This document shows positions 26,610 through 35,284 of a stretch of DNA of 36,130 nucleotides, piece by piece. How positions within the stretch are numbered: the stretch's first letter is position 1; each line of letters begins with the position of its first letter. Made by a program: the position numbers and the translations under genes. The stretch spans positions 1 to 36,130 of the IMG/VR virus record IMGVR_UViG_3300049004_000013; one strand, given 5' to 3'. Source of the DNA: a virus. Taxonomy: Duplodnaviria; Caudoviricetes. The notes under the pieces were generated by a model, which searched no databases, was not told where the DNA came from, and saw only the letters and a list, made by a program, of their open reading frames with translations.

Positions 26610-26762
26610 ATGGCGACACCAGGGAAGAAGCAGTCGGTGAGCAAGATGACCGGCTCGGGTACATCAGCGAGGAAGAACCTCAAGATGGGGACGAGCTGGA
26701 AGCAGCTCAACGTCAAGCACACCCACCGGAAGAGCACCGGTCGGAATACTCGCAGGGGGTGA
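26610..26762 (+). CDS. small basic protein
   Basis: MATPGKKQ...; divergent from the permease, AATGAT -10-like box upstream. Confidence 0.55.
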   Translation: MATPGKKQSVSKMTGSGTSARKNLKMGTSWKQLNVKHTHRKSTGRNTRRG

Positions 26763-26768
26763 ATTGAA

Positions 26769-26987
26769 ATGGCCGTAAATCACAGCCGGTCCATGAACAA
26801 GGATCTCCGTACCGGCGCTGTCGACCACACCATCCGGCTGCGCCAGGGCGAGGACCGCGGTGGCCCGATCGACCAGGCCAACTACTACAACCACCTCGTC
26901 GGTAGCGGCGCCAACATGGAGTCGGCCGACTGGCTGATGGACGACTACCTCAAGGGGATCGTGCGTCAGCCTGACCGTCGACGGTGA
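26769..26987 (+). CDS. hypothetical protein
   Basis: MAVNHSRSMN...; GTGA overlap. Confidence 0.65.
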   Translation: MAVNHSRSMNKDLRTGAVDHTIRLRQGEDRGGPIDQANYYNHLVGSGANMESADWLMDDYLKGIVRQPDRRR

Positions 26988-27151
26988 CCACCGCCGACCA
27001 CTGCCTCAAGGCGCTCCCGAAGGTCAGCAGGTACACCCCCATGCTCCAGGTGATCTGCCCGGTGTGCCTGTCGCTGTGGATCTACGAGAAGGGCGCCTGG
27101 ACCCAGCTCTCCCTGGAGGAGCAGCGCCGGCAGGGCCTGGTGCCGACATGA
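26984..27151 (+). CDS. small hypothetical protein
   Basis: Read by hand: HC...CPVC; GTGA/ATGA overlaps. Confidence 0.55.
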   Translation: MTTADHCLKALPKVSRYTPMLQVICPVCLSLWIYEKGAWTQLSLEEQRRQGLVPT

Positions 27152-27621
27152 GCGGCCAGGTCCGGCTCCTGGTGTGCCGCGACTGCCGGACGATCGACGA
27201 ACTGCCGGATTACGACGGCCCGGTGGAGTACGACGTCCTGCTCGACCATCTGGTGGAGGAGCACCGCTTCCCCAACGACGAGCCGCACAAGGGGAACCTC
27301 CTGCGGGTCGAGAAGCAATGGTGGGACCTCCCGAACGCCCGGCAGCAGATCACCGAGGAGCTTGGCCTGACGGCTGGCCTCGGCGGCGAGTGGTACGCCA
27401 CGCGCAGCACCTTCGAAGAGGACGCCCTGAAGTGCTATTCCAAGCACGGCCGGCCGGACCAGGGCTGCATCGATTATTGCGACTCGAAAAAGCGCCTCGG
27501 CAATCCCACGAAAATCGGCTGGCAGCGAGGGCCGAAGGTGTTCCTGTGCTCGTTCTGCCCTGTGCAAGTCTGGGTCGACACCGAGCTGAGCCACAAGGCT
27601 GGCCTTTACAAGGAGCACTGA
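27148..27621 (+). CDS. Cys/His-rich Zn-binding protein
   Basis: CRDC, C...H...C..YC, LCSFCPV. Confidence 0.75.
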   Translation: MSGQVRLLVCRDCRTIDELPDYDGPVEYDVLLDHLVEEHRFPNDEPHKGNLLRVEKQWWDLPNARQQITEELGLTAGLGGEWYATRSTFEEDALKCYSKHGRPDQGCIDYCDSKKRLGNPTKIGWQRGPKVFLCSFCPVQVWVDTELSHKAGLYKEH

Positions 27622-27622
27622 A

Positions 27623-28036
27623 TTGGAGCACGACCACGACCACAGCCACGAAGAGGAAGTGCTGGACCCGGAGATCGTGAAGGAGGCGCAGGCGTACGCC
27701 AAGGGCAGCTATGACCTCCCGCCGCCGGCCCCGGCGCCCGAGGCGATGAAGGCCGTGACCGCATTCCTGGTGGTGACCAAGTCCGACGGCTCGCACGTCG
27801 GAATCGCTGACGTCAACACCCCCCTGGAGCTGGAGCGCCCGGCCACCATCAACGACATGTACGTCGGATCGGCGCAGGTGATGCGCGACGTGGAGATCAT
27901 GCAGATCACCCAGAACGTCGTCCAGAACGTCATCAACGCCCAGATGCAGATGGCCCAGCAGGCAATGGCCGCCCAGGAGAACGTCAAGCTCGCCAACCAG
28001 ATCATGACGCCGAACAGGGCGCAGCGCCGGCACTGA
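27623..28036 (+). CDS. hypothetical protein with Gln/Met-rich helix
   Basis: AAGGAG RBS, TAFLVV..DG. Confidence 0.7.
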   Translation: MEHDHDHSHEEEVLDPEIVKEAQAYAKGSYDLPPPAPAPEAMKAVTAFLVVTKSDGSHVGIADVNTPLELERPATINDMYVGSAQVMRDVEIMQITQNVVQNVINAQMQMAQQAMAAQENVKLANQIMTPNRAQRRH

Positions 28037-28980
28037 TGGACGTCCGGGGCCGGCTCGGGACCCGCTACGAGGATTTCCTGCGGCCGGCCCCGGTCGAGGT
28101 CAAGGGCGCCTCGGGGTACTTCTCGAAGCCTGACATCGGCCTTGACCCGCACCTGTTCGAGGGCATGAGCCTGCGGCCGGCGGTGCGGGTCAAGCTCCTG
28201 GAGCTGCTGTACGGCTTCTGGAGGGGCCGCTACAACGTCCCGAGGAGCTGGAGCATCGTCTGGCTCGCCGGCAGCGGAGCGAGCCACCAGTGGGGCGCTG
28301 AGCGCGAGGTGGCGGGGCCGGGCGACCTCGACATTCTCATCGGCGTGGACTTCCTCAAGTTCCGCCAGACGAACCCGCAATTCCAGGGGTTCTCTGACAG
28401 CATGATGGCCGCCCAGATGAACAAGGAGATGCACGACCAGCTATGGCCTACCACCGCCGCTTTCGATTTTGGCGGGCGAAGCTACGAGGTCACGTTCTAC
28501 ATCAACCCGGGGGCCGAGGACATCAGGTCGATCAGCCCCTACGCCGCCTACGACGTGAGCCATGGCCGCTGGACCGTCCCCCCGATCGAGCTGCCTGAGA
28601 ACTGGGGGCCAGAGGCCCTGCCCGGCGAGTGGTGGGAGAAGTTCAACGCCGACGCCGGCCTCGGCCGCCAGCTCGTCGAGCGCTACAACGCCCAGGCCGA
28701 GGAGATGGGCCGGCACGACGCCGGCTCACCCCACTGGTGGAACGCCACCACGGCGCTCCGCGACACTACCGAGAAGGCCCTGGCCCTCTTCGACGAGATC
28801 CACGGTGGCCGCAAGGCTGCGTTCCTGGGCGGCGGGAAGGGCTTCTTGGGCTTCGAGAACGCCCGCTGGCAGGCCGGGAAGGCGAGCGGCATCATCGACG
28901 CTCTCCGGGCCATCAAGGGCGCTCACGATGAAGCCAGGCGCTCGGCCAACATCGCCCTGTACGGAAAGGCCAGCCTCTGA
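28036..28980 (+). CDS. Pol-beta superfamily nucleotidyltransferase
   Basis: hG[S] 'WLAGSG', DxD 'GDLDILI', third acidic residue in 'YEVTFY'. Confidence 0.75.
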   Translation: MDVRGRLGTRYEDFLRPAPVEVKGASGYFSKPDIGLDPHLFEGMSLRPAVRVKLLELLYGFWRGRYNVPRSWSIVWLAGSGASHQWGAEREVAGPGDLDILIGVDFLKFRQTNPQFQGFSDSMMAAQMNKEMHDQLWPTTAAFDFGGRSYEVTFYINPGAEDIRSISPYAAYDVSHGRWTVPPIELPENWGPEALPGEWWEKFNADAGLGRQLVERYNAQAEEMGRHDAGSPHWWNATTALRDTTEKALALFDEIHGGRKAAFLGGGKGFLGFENARWQAGKASGIIDALRAIKGAHDEARRSANIALYGKASL

Positions 28981-29300
28981 TGGCTCTCGTACCGTCCTCG
29001 AAGGAGCAGGACCAGGCCGCCTACGAGCACCGGTTCGCTCAGTGGGCCAAGCGGGAGCCGGGCCTGGCCCAGGGCTTCGATGCAAAGGGGAACCACCGCG
29101 TGCTGCAGCCCCATCAGTTCAACGTCTACTGGTCGAAGAGCAAGGACGACCTGAAGGCGGGTCGTGTCGAGCAGGGTGTCTCCAACGTCACCGTGCTCGG
29201 CCACCACAGCCTCCAGGGCAATCTCAAGGCCAAGCTGGTGGCCGAGCAGATGGTCGCCGCCCGCGGTCTGGAGCCGACGCGCACCGAGTGGGTGCCGTGA
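28980..29300 (+). CDS. hypothetical protein
   Basis: TGATG/GTGA coupling. Confidence 0.6.
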   Translation: MALVPSSKEQDQAAYEHRFAQWAKREPGLAQGFDAKGNHRVLQPHQFNVYWSKSKDDLKAGRVEQGVSNVTVLGHHSLQGNLKAKLVAEQMVAARGLEPTRTEWVP

Positions 29301-29782
29301 CCGCTGCGTTCTTCGAGCTGGAGGACGTCCTGATGAACACCAGCCGGGAGCCGATCCCGCTGGGCATCACGCTGCTGCGGCTCATGAGGCCCGGCTACCG
29401 GCTCATCCTGTCGACGTACCAGGACGATCCTGTCTACGTGAAGTGGTGGCTGATGGAGCAGGGATTTCCGGCCGACACCTTTGGCTACCAGTACCACCTG
29501 GCCCCTGTCGAGCACGACCTGACCGAGAACGGCGTGTTCGAGGCGCACCTCGACCGGGCGCTCGTTCACATCCCCATCGAGCTGGTGATCACGGCGTCAC
29601 CGGCCAAGGCCGCCATCTGCATGAGGCGCTCGCTCATCTCGCTGCTCTTCAGCTCTCCGGTCACGGCGCGCCCGGAATACCGCCCTGGTCCGGGTGTGCG
29701 GCCGTGGCAGGAAATCGAGGAGGAGGTGAGTCGTCGACGTATCCTCAAAACCAAAGCCAGCGTAGGGACGGACGATGACTGA
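29297..29782 (+). CDS. degenerate HAD-like protein
   Basis: FFELEDVL (cf. hhDxDGVL), 'LILST' motif II, 'WLMEQG'. Confidence 0.6.
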   Translation: MTAAFFELEDVLMNTSREPIPLGITLLRLMRPGYRLILSTYQDDPVYVKWWLMEQGFPADTFGYQYHLAPVEHDLTENGVFEAHLDRALVHIPIELVITASPAKAAICMRRSLISLLFSSPVTARPEYRPGPGVRPWQEIEEEVSRRRILKTKASVGTDDD

Positions 29783-31169
29783 CTTCCAGCTCTATTTCAC
29801 CGGGGCCGAGCAGAAGGGTTGGCAGCGCCTGTTGCTGGGCGAGGGCGTGCGCAACCTCGGCATCAGCTTCACGTACTTCTACCGCAAGGTGAAGAAGACG
29901 AATTGGCGGCTCCCTGAGGACTTCCCCACCGGCACCAGCGTGCTGCTGGACTCCGGGGCGTTCGGCGCCAACAAGAACCCGGGCCAACTCGACCCCGCCG
30001 GCTGGCGGGCGTACGAGGAGGCGTACATGGAGTTCGTCGACGACAACCTCGACCAGCTCGACATCGTGGCCGAGTTCGACCTCCAGGCGCTGGGCTACGA
30101 CCACATCAAGGGCATGCGGGAGAGCTTCTGGGACGGCATCGGCGAGAAGTTCATGCCGGTGTGGCACCCGAGCTACGGCATGGACGAGTTGGAGCGCCTG
30201 GCGCGACGGTACGACCGGGTGGCCGTGCCCGGGAGCGCCCTCCAGGAGCTGAGCTACCTCGGCGGCCGGATCAATACCCTCGGGCGCCAGTGGGAGACGA
30301 AATTCCATGGCATGGCGCTCACCCGGCCCGAGGTGCTGCGCAACGTCCACTTCGCCACGGCCGCCAGCACGTCGTGGATCTCGCCCTCGAAGTACGGTGA
30401 CACCCAGGTCTTCGACGGCCAGCAGCTCAAGCGCTACCCCCGGAAGTACAAGGACCAGGCCCGCAAGCGGCACAAGATGCTGTTCGGGAAGGCCGGCTTC
30501 GACGCCGACAAGATCCTCCACGACGACCCCGTCGAGGTCACCCGATTCACGGTCTGGAGCTGGCAGCGGTTCGCCGAGGGCCTCGCGAAGCACCGAGGAT
30601 TAACTCCCCACGCTGAAGAGCTGCCGGCGCCATCCGCGGTCGGCGAGGTGGTCCCGGTTGATCCCCGGGGGGTAGCTGTGCGCGCCGGGGGCGCTCAGCC
30701 CCTGCCTGTGCTTGACTTCGACGCCTCGGAGAACCTGGCCTCCCTGGCGCCGGCCGTGACCGTGCGGACGTGCAACAACTGCTACGTCGCCAGCAACTGC
30801 CCCGAGTACCGCCCCGAGGCCGCCTGCGCCTTCAAGATCCCGGTCAGCCTGCGGTCGCGGGAGGAGATGATGACGGCGCTCTACAGCGTCGTCGAGATGC
30901 AGCTCCAGCGGGTGATGTTCGGCCGGTACACCGAGGAGCTGGAGGGCGGCTACGCCGACCCGAACCTCTCGGGCGAGATGGACAGGCTCATGCGCCTGGT
31001 CAAGGAGCTGAAGGAGATCGAGGACACCCGCGACACCATCCGCCAGGTGACCGAGATCAAGGCCGGCGTGGGCGTGCTGTCCCGCATCTTCGGCGAGAAG
31101 CCGCCCCCTGAGCTGCCGCCGGCCACGGCCAACGGGCACGTCATCGACGCCGAGCCACTCGAGGATTAA
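29775..31169 (+). CDS. TGT/DpdA-like barrel fused to a Cys4 cluster and helical domain
   Basis: LLDSGAF, EFD, FMPVWH, KFHGM, ASTSW...KYG; C-terminal CNNC-x5-C-x8-C. Confidence 0.7.
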   Translation: MTDFQLYFTGAEQKGWQRLLLGEGVRNLGISFTYFYRKVKKTNWRLPEDFPTGTSVLLDSGAFGANKNPGQLDPAGWRAYEEAYMEFVDDNLDQLDIVAEFDLQALGYDHIKGMRESFWDGIGEKFMPVWHPSYGMDELERLARRYDRVAVPGSALQELSYLGGRINTLGRQWETKFHGMALTRPEVLRNVHFATAASTSWISPSKYGDTQVFDGQQLKRYPRKYKDQARKRHKMLFGKAGFDADKILHDDPVEVTRFTVWSWQRFAEGLAKHRGLTPHAEELPAPSAVGEVVPVDPRGVAVRAGGAQPLPVLDFDASENLASLAPAVTVRTCNNCYVASNCPEYRPEAACAFKIPVSLRSREEMMTALYSVVEMQLQRVMFGRYTEELEGGYADPNLSGEMDRLMRLVKELKEIEDTRDTIRQVTEIKAGVGVLSRIFGEKPPPELPPATANGHVIDAEPLED

Positions 31170-31202
31170 CTCCTCGTACGCCCTGTAGAGCCGGATCGAG
31201 TG

Positions 31203-31433
31203 TCAGCCGCCGTTCCAGTAGGGGTCGGCATAGCTGCAGACCGGGTTGGGGCAGCACCAGCCACCGAAGTCAGGCTCCCAGGCCAGCTCGTCGCGGTCGT
31301 TGGAGCGCTCGCAGTTCGGGCAGACGACGGCGCCCTCGGGGAGCTTCTCGCGGTCCGGTGCCGGGTGGAGGATCTCCTCGGCCTCCTCGGGTGAGATGCC
31401 GGCCTCGGCCCAGGGATCGACGTCGTCGCTCAT
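31203..31433 (-). CDS. Zn-ribbon hypothetical protein
   Basis: CPNC...CPNPVC. Confidence 0.65.
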   Translation of the reverse strand: MSDDVDPWAEAGISPEEAEEILHPAPDREKLPEGAVVCPNCERSNDRDELAWEPDFGGWCCPNPVCSYADPYWNGG

Positions 31434-31669
31434 CCCACCACGGTGTTGATGTCGGCGCCGAGCATGAGCTGGAAGACCTTGATGTCGTCGACCCGCTTCT
31501 TGAAGTAGTGCCGCTTGCAGGGCGAGGCGACGCTGGCCTCGTCGAGGATAGAGAGCGCCATCCGGGTCAGCGCCTCCAGGGTGAAGCGGTCGCGCTCGCG
31601 GTAGCCGGCGACTTCGGCCTCCAGCTCCAGCACCTGGCTGGCAAGGAGGACGAGTTGGTCAGCGATCAC
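31430..31669 (-). CDS. hypothetical protein
   Basis: ATGA overlap with the downstream gene. Confidence 0.6.
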   Translation of the reverse strand: MIADQLVLLASQVLELEAEVAGYRERDRFTLEALTRMALSILDEASVASPCKRHYFKKRVDDIKVFQLMLGADINTVVG

Positions 31670-31775
31670 GGTGCTGCCTGGTCATATGGTGCTGGACACC
31701 TCGGGCGGATTTGAACGGACGCTTCTTGTGGCTGCCGCATCGCGGGAGCGGGCAGCGCCATATCGTGTTGGACAT
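31659..31775 (-). CDS. 38-aa C2H2 zinc-finger microprotein
   Basis: Read by hand: MSNTIWRCPLPRCGSHKKRPFKSARGVQHHMTRQHRDR*. Confidence 0.65.
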   Translation of the reverse strand: MSNTIWRCPLPRCGSHKKRPFKSARGVQHHMTRQHRDR

Positions 31776-31781
31776 CCCTCC

Positions 31782-31847
31782 AGAATTCCACGCCTACGCC
31801 GTCATATGCAAGAGCCAGCCGGTTGGCGGGTGAGGTAGGCTCCGATC
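31782..31847. promoter_or_regulatory. divergent leaderless promoters; the - strand one is a degenerate module B
   Basis: - strand CCGGC-N4-TCTTGCA...GGCGTAGGCG; + strand TAGGCT 6 nt before ATG 31848. Confidence 0.55.
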
Positions 31848-32150
31848 ATGGAAAACGAGCGGGAGAGCTACGCCCCCAGCCCCATGCCGGCCGAGGCCCT
31901 GCCGGCCGGCGCACCGGCTCCTGCGGGTCCTCTCTACCTGCCGCCGGGGCGGTACACCGTCATCCAGACGCCCATGATCTACGACACCGAGGACAAGCTC
32001 GGGCCGCGATGTAAGGACCCGGGCGGCCCGCCGTTCAAGGACGCCAACAAGATGGGCTACCTCGTCTGCATCCGACACTGCAAGCACACCGGCCGGCACC
32101 GGGCGTTCATGGGTGTCGACCCCGGCGCCCGGGTCTTCTACGAGTGGTAG
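31848..32150 (+). CDS. hypothetical protein
   Basis: C...C...H.G.H motif. Confidence 0.65.
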   Translation: MENERESYAPSPMPAEALPAGAPAPAGPLYLPPGRYTVIQTPMIYDTEDKLGPRCKDPGGPPFKDANKMGYLVCIRHCKHTGRHRAFMGVDPGARVFYEW

Positions 32151-32338
32151 ACGAGGACCGTCCAGGCTACGAACCCTTAACCAGCAACGAATTCGTCGTC
32201 TGTACCACCTGCTGGTGCATGGTGGCGTTTAGCTACATGGTTGATCACACCGCCTATCACCAGGACCCTGTATCAGGCCCCTCTGAACTGCCTGTGGAGA
32301 AGGGAGTACATGCGGCTGATGATGAAAAATGCCCCTGA
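32144..32338 (+). CDS. small hypothetical protein
   Basis: CTTC...H...H; 3' end runs into the long hairpin. Confidence 0.5.
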   Translation: MVDEDRPGYEPLTSNEFVVCTTCWCMVAFSYMVDHTAYHQDPVSGPSELPVEKGVHAADDEKCP

Positions 32339-32398
32339 CCAGCCACTTAAGGGCGCTTATCAGACGCATGTACTCGTCCATCCACAGGCAGTTCAGAG
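32281..32398. repeat. long imperfect inverted repeat (~40-bp arms)
   Basis: CTCTGAACTGCCTGTGGA / TCCACAGGCAGTTCAGAG (18 bp), 5x5 loop, GAGTACATGCG / CGCATGTACTC (11 bp), CTGAT / ATCAG. Confidence 0.9.
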
Positions 32399-32420
32399 AA
32401 ACGCACAGGAAGGAATACCG

Positions 32421-33209
32421 GTGTCGACCCGGTTATCACGGCCTCGTCGTAGCGTTGAGCAGCCAGATGAGCCAGGCGCCCAGGGCAACGAAGAAGAGGC
32501 AGACACCCACCAGCAGGAATACGGCGAGGACAAGGTCTGGAACCCCGCTCCCTTCTCGGCCAACATCCTCCGGTTCATCGCCAACTCCGGGCTGCTCCCT
32601 CACTCAGGCACCATCATCGATCCCTTTGCCGGCGTAGGAAAGGTCCATCAGCTCGCTTCCCACAGCCTCAAGATCGTTGGCGTGGAGCTGGAACCGGAGT
32701 GGGCGGCTGCGCACCCGAACACCATATGCGGCAACGCTTTGGCGCTCCCATTCGAGGACGGGAGCTTCGATGGCGCCGTGACCAGTCCGGTGTATGGCAA
32801 CAGGATGAGCGACAGCCACAACGCCAAGGACGGGACGCTGCGCCGTTCGTACACGCACGACCTGAGGCGTACCACCGGGGACCCCGAGCGGAAGCTCCAT
32901 CCTGACAACGCCGGCACTCTCTATGCCTGGAATAAGGAGTACTGGCGCTTCCACGTCAGGGCCTGGGCCGAGCTGCGCCGGGTGCTCAAGCCCGAGGCCG
33001 TGTTTCTGCTCAACGTCTCCGACTTCATTCGCACCACCCAGAGCCACGGCCAGAAGCGCCTGCCGGTGACGCGCACGCACGTTCGGGTCTGCTCGGATCT
33101 TGGCTTCAAGCTGGAGAAGGCGTTTCCCATCGAGACGCCCCGCATGCGCTACGGCCAGAACCACGAAAGCCGAGCACCATTCGAATACGTGCTCTACTTC
33201 AAGAGGTGA
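32421..33209 (+). CDS. amino (N4-C/N6-A) DNA methyltransferase
   Basis: Motif I DPFAGVG, GVELEPEW, motif IV TSPVY, RVLKP..F.LN; AGGAAGG RBS. Confidence 0.8.
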   Translation: MSTRLSRPRRSVEQPDEPGAQGNEEEADTHQQEYGEDKVWNPAPFSANILRFIANSGLLPHSGTIIDPFAGVGKVHQLASHSLKIVGVELEPEWAAAHPNTICGNALALPFEDGSFDGAVTSPVYGNRMSDSHNAKDGTLRRSYTHDLRRTTGDPERKLHPDNAGTLYAWNKEYWRFHVRAWAELRRVLKPEAVFLLNVSDFIRTTQSHGQKRLPVTRTHVRVCSDLGFKLEKAFPIETPRMRYGQNHESRAPFEYVLYFKR

Positions 33210-33490
33210 CCATGCCCCGAGACAAGGACATCCAGAGCAAGCCCGCCCTGCAGCTCTGCGACTGCGGCGCCGAGTGGTTCTTCGTTCACAACTGCCCGCT
33301 CAAGGCGAAGTCGGTGCCTGTGAAGGAGACGGTCGATTTCCGCCTGAAGTACAAGTCCATGGTCGAAGAGCTGATCAGTCTGCGCAAGCTGTGCCGCGAC
33401 CAGGAGCACACCATCACCGACCTCATGCTGGAGCTGGCCGAACTGCGCGAGGCGAAGCAGGAGCAGGGTCAATGGGGACTGCACTCATGA
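33206..33490 (+). CDS. hypothetical coiled-coil protein
   Basis: GTGA overlap. Confidence 0.6.
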   Translation: MTMPRDKDIQSKPALQLCDCGAEWFFVHNCPLKAKSVPVKETVDFRLKYKSMVEELISLRKLCRDQEHTITDLMLELAELREAKQEQGQWGLHS

Positions 33491-33999
33491 TCTTCGATCC
33501 GGCCAATGCCGACCCCTTGGGCATGTTCAGCCCGGAGGCCGAAGAGGTGGTGCGCGACTACAACCGCCGCCATATCGTCTTCGAGGGCCTGGAGCGCCCG
33601 ACCTGGGATGAGTACTTCATGGCGATCGCTGCAGCCGTGGCCCTGCGTGCTGACTGCAGGCGCCGGCGAATTGGTGCGGTGATCGTCGACGAGGACCGGC
33701 GCATCATCTCCACCGGCTACAACGGCGCCCCGTCGGGAGCGGGGAGCTGCCTGGCCGGTGACTGCCCCCGGGGTGTGAGTGACGTCGCCAGCTTCACCGA
33801 GGGCAACCAGAACCACGCCGACTGCATCAGCCTCCACGCCGAGCAGAACGCCATCGCCTGGGCCGACCGGTCGCGCACCAAGGGCGCCACGGTCTACATC
33901 TTCCAGCTCGGCCTGGCGGCCGGCAAGCACTGCCCACCCTGTGACATGTGCGGGAAGCTGATCAAGGCCGCCGGCATCGGCAGAGTGGTGTGTCAGTGA
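33472..33999 (+). CDS. dCMP deaminase (alternative start 33487)
   Basis: RPTWDEYFM, GAVIV, STGYNG, HAEQNAI, PCDMC. Confidence 0.92.
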   Translation: MGTALMIFDPANADPLGMFSPEAEEVVRDYNRRHIVFEGLERPTWDEYFMAIAAAVALRADCRRRRIGAVIVDEDRRIISTGYNGAPSGAGSCLAGDCPRGVSDVASFTEGNQNHADCISLHAEQNAIAWADRSRTKGATVYIFQLGLAAGKHCPPCDMCGKLIKAAGIGRVVCQ

Positions 34000-34208
34000 A
34001 CCGTGACTACATGGTCATTGCTGCATCAGGACTCATCGCCGGAGGCTGGGTGGTGCAGCTCGCTGTGATGGCCCACCTCGGCCACCAGCGCGACCAGGCC
34101 GATACGGTCGCCACGAAGGCGTGCGTGATGCTGGCGATAGACCCACCGTTGACCCCGAACCTTCACGCTGAATTCGAGCGGGTCTGTGGTGAGTACCTCC
34201 ATGGCTGA
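33996..34208 (+). CDS. membrane-anchored hypothetical protein
   Basis: N-terminal hydrophobic helix; GTGA overlap. Confidence 0.55.
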   Translation: MNRDYMVIAASGLIAGGWVVQLAVMAHLGHQRDQADTVATKACVMLAIDPPLTPNLHAEFERVCGEYLHG

Positions 34209-34434
34209 GCACGACGCCAGGGACGCCCAGGACAGCCTCAGGTGCCTCCTGGCGCCCTGGAGGACGGGCGGGAGCATAGGACGCACCATCTACGCCGTGG
34301 TGGGCGCAGGAGGCCATGAGCATGCTCGGGAGGATGATGCGGTGGTTGTCGGCATCATGGACACGGCCCAGCTCGCCGAGGCAGCCGTGCAGGGACATAA
34401 CGACTGGCTTCGCAAGCATGGCCCCCGGAGGTGA
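34201..34434 (+). CDS. hypothetical protein
   Basis: WRTG.SIGRTIY...GIMDT..LA..AV..HN. Confidence 0.65.
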   Translation: MAEHDARDAQDSLRCLLAPWRTGGSIGRTIYAVVGAGGHEHAREDDAVVVGIMDTAQLAEAAVQGHNDWLRKHGPRR

Positions 34435-34439
34435 CGACG

Positions 34440-34603
34440 TGGAACTCGACGACCGGTGTGAGATCTGTGGGCGGCCCAGCGAACTTGTCACGGCCATGAT
34501 CCGCCTGCCCGACGGGAACTGGCTCCAGGTGCTCGTCCATATCGCCTGCGAGAACAACCGGATAGCGAAGAACCGTGTGGCCGGCGCCCGGGGCATGAAT
34601 TGA
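34440..34603 (+). CDS. small hypothetical protein
   Basis: GGAGG RBS, CEIC...H..C. Confidence 0.55.
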
Positions 34604-34785
34604 ACCCGCTGCAGCAGGCCACCCAGGTGCTGGCCGCCGCCGAGGAGCTGAACACTGAGGTGAGGGACACCATGGAGACGATCACGTTGGCCGACGCCAA
34701 GAAGATCATCCACACCGTGCGGGAGGTCAAGGGCTGGATGGAGGGCATCGAGAAGCTTCTCAACTCCAACGGGATCTGGGCCTGA
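34600..34785 (+). CDS. hypothetical protein
   Basis: TTGA overlap, helical. Confidence 0.55.
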   Translation: MNPLQQATQVLAAAEELNTEVRDTMETITLADAKKIIHTVREVKGWMEGIEKLLNSNGIWA

Positions 34786-34961
34786 TGGCCGACGATCGCG
34801 AGCAGGAGATGCTGGAGCTGATGAGCGACATCCAGCAGATGATCCGCCAGCTCCAGAACACGCTCAACGAGATGTGGGCCGAGTGGACGCGCACGCACAG
34901 CTCCACGGTGATGAAGAACGTGCCCGTCCCGCCCAAGGTCAGCCGGCGGGTCCTGCGGTGA
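34785..34961 (+). CDS. hypothetical protein (58 aa)
   Basis: Read by hand: MADDREQEMLEL...; coupled at both ends. Confidence 0.55.
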   Translation: MADDREQEMLELMSDIQQMIRQLQNTLNEMWAEWTRTHSSTVMKNVPVPPKVSRRVLR

Positions 34962-35284
34962 GCCGGCGCTCCGAATTCGACGACAGCCTCACGCTCTACC
35001 ACAAGACCGATGCACCGGCTGCTTCATTGCGAGAGAAGGGCCTGAGCCTAGAGCACGCCAACCCTCATGACCCGGTGATCTGGGGAACGACCCGCAAGAT
35101 CGGGCGCGACATGGCGGCCAGGCATAAGAAGGGTTGGCCCGAGCAATCCACGCTGGTGACCTTCAGGGTGCCCCGGGCCGACGCCGAGCTGGCCGCCGGC
35201 CACCATGAGCGCCTGGGCAATTACACGCTCAAGCGCAGCGTGCGCCCGGAGGAGATCCTCCACATCAAGGAATTCGGCCGGTGA
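34958..35284 (+). CDS. possible ADP-ribosyltransferase-fold protein
   Basis: LYHKT...LREKGL, IWGTT, LVTFRVP, VRPEEI. Confidence 0.45.
   Translation: MSRRSEFDDSLTLYHKTDAPAASLREKGLSLEHANPHDPVIWGTTRKIGRDMAARHKKGWPEQSTLVTFRVPRADAELAAGHHERLGNYTLKRSVRPEEILHIKEFGR

Noticed and set aside
32316-32328. Hammerhead ribozyme core (CTGATGA...GAAA) in the long hairpin
   Set aside because: Only one base separates the motifs, so no stem II, and CTGAT is paired in the stem
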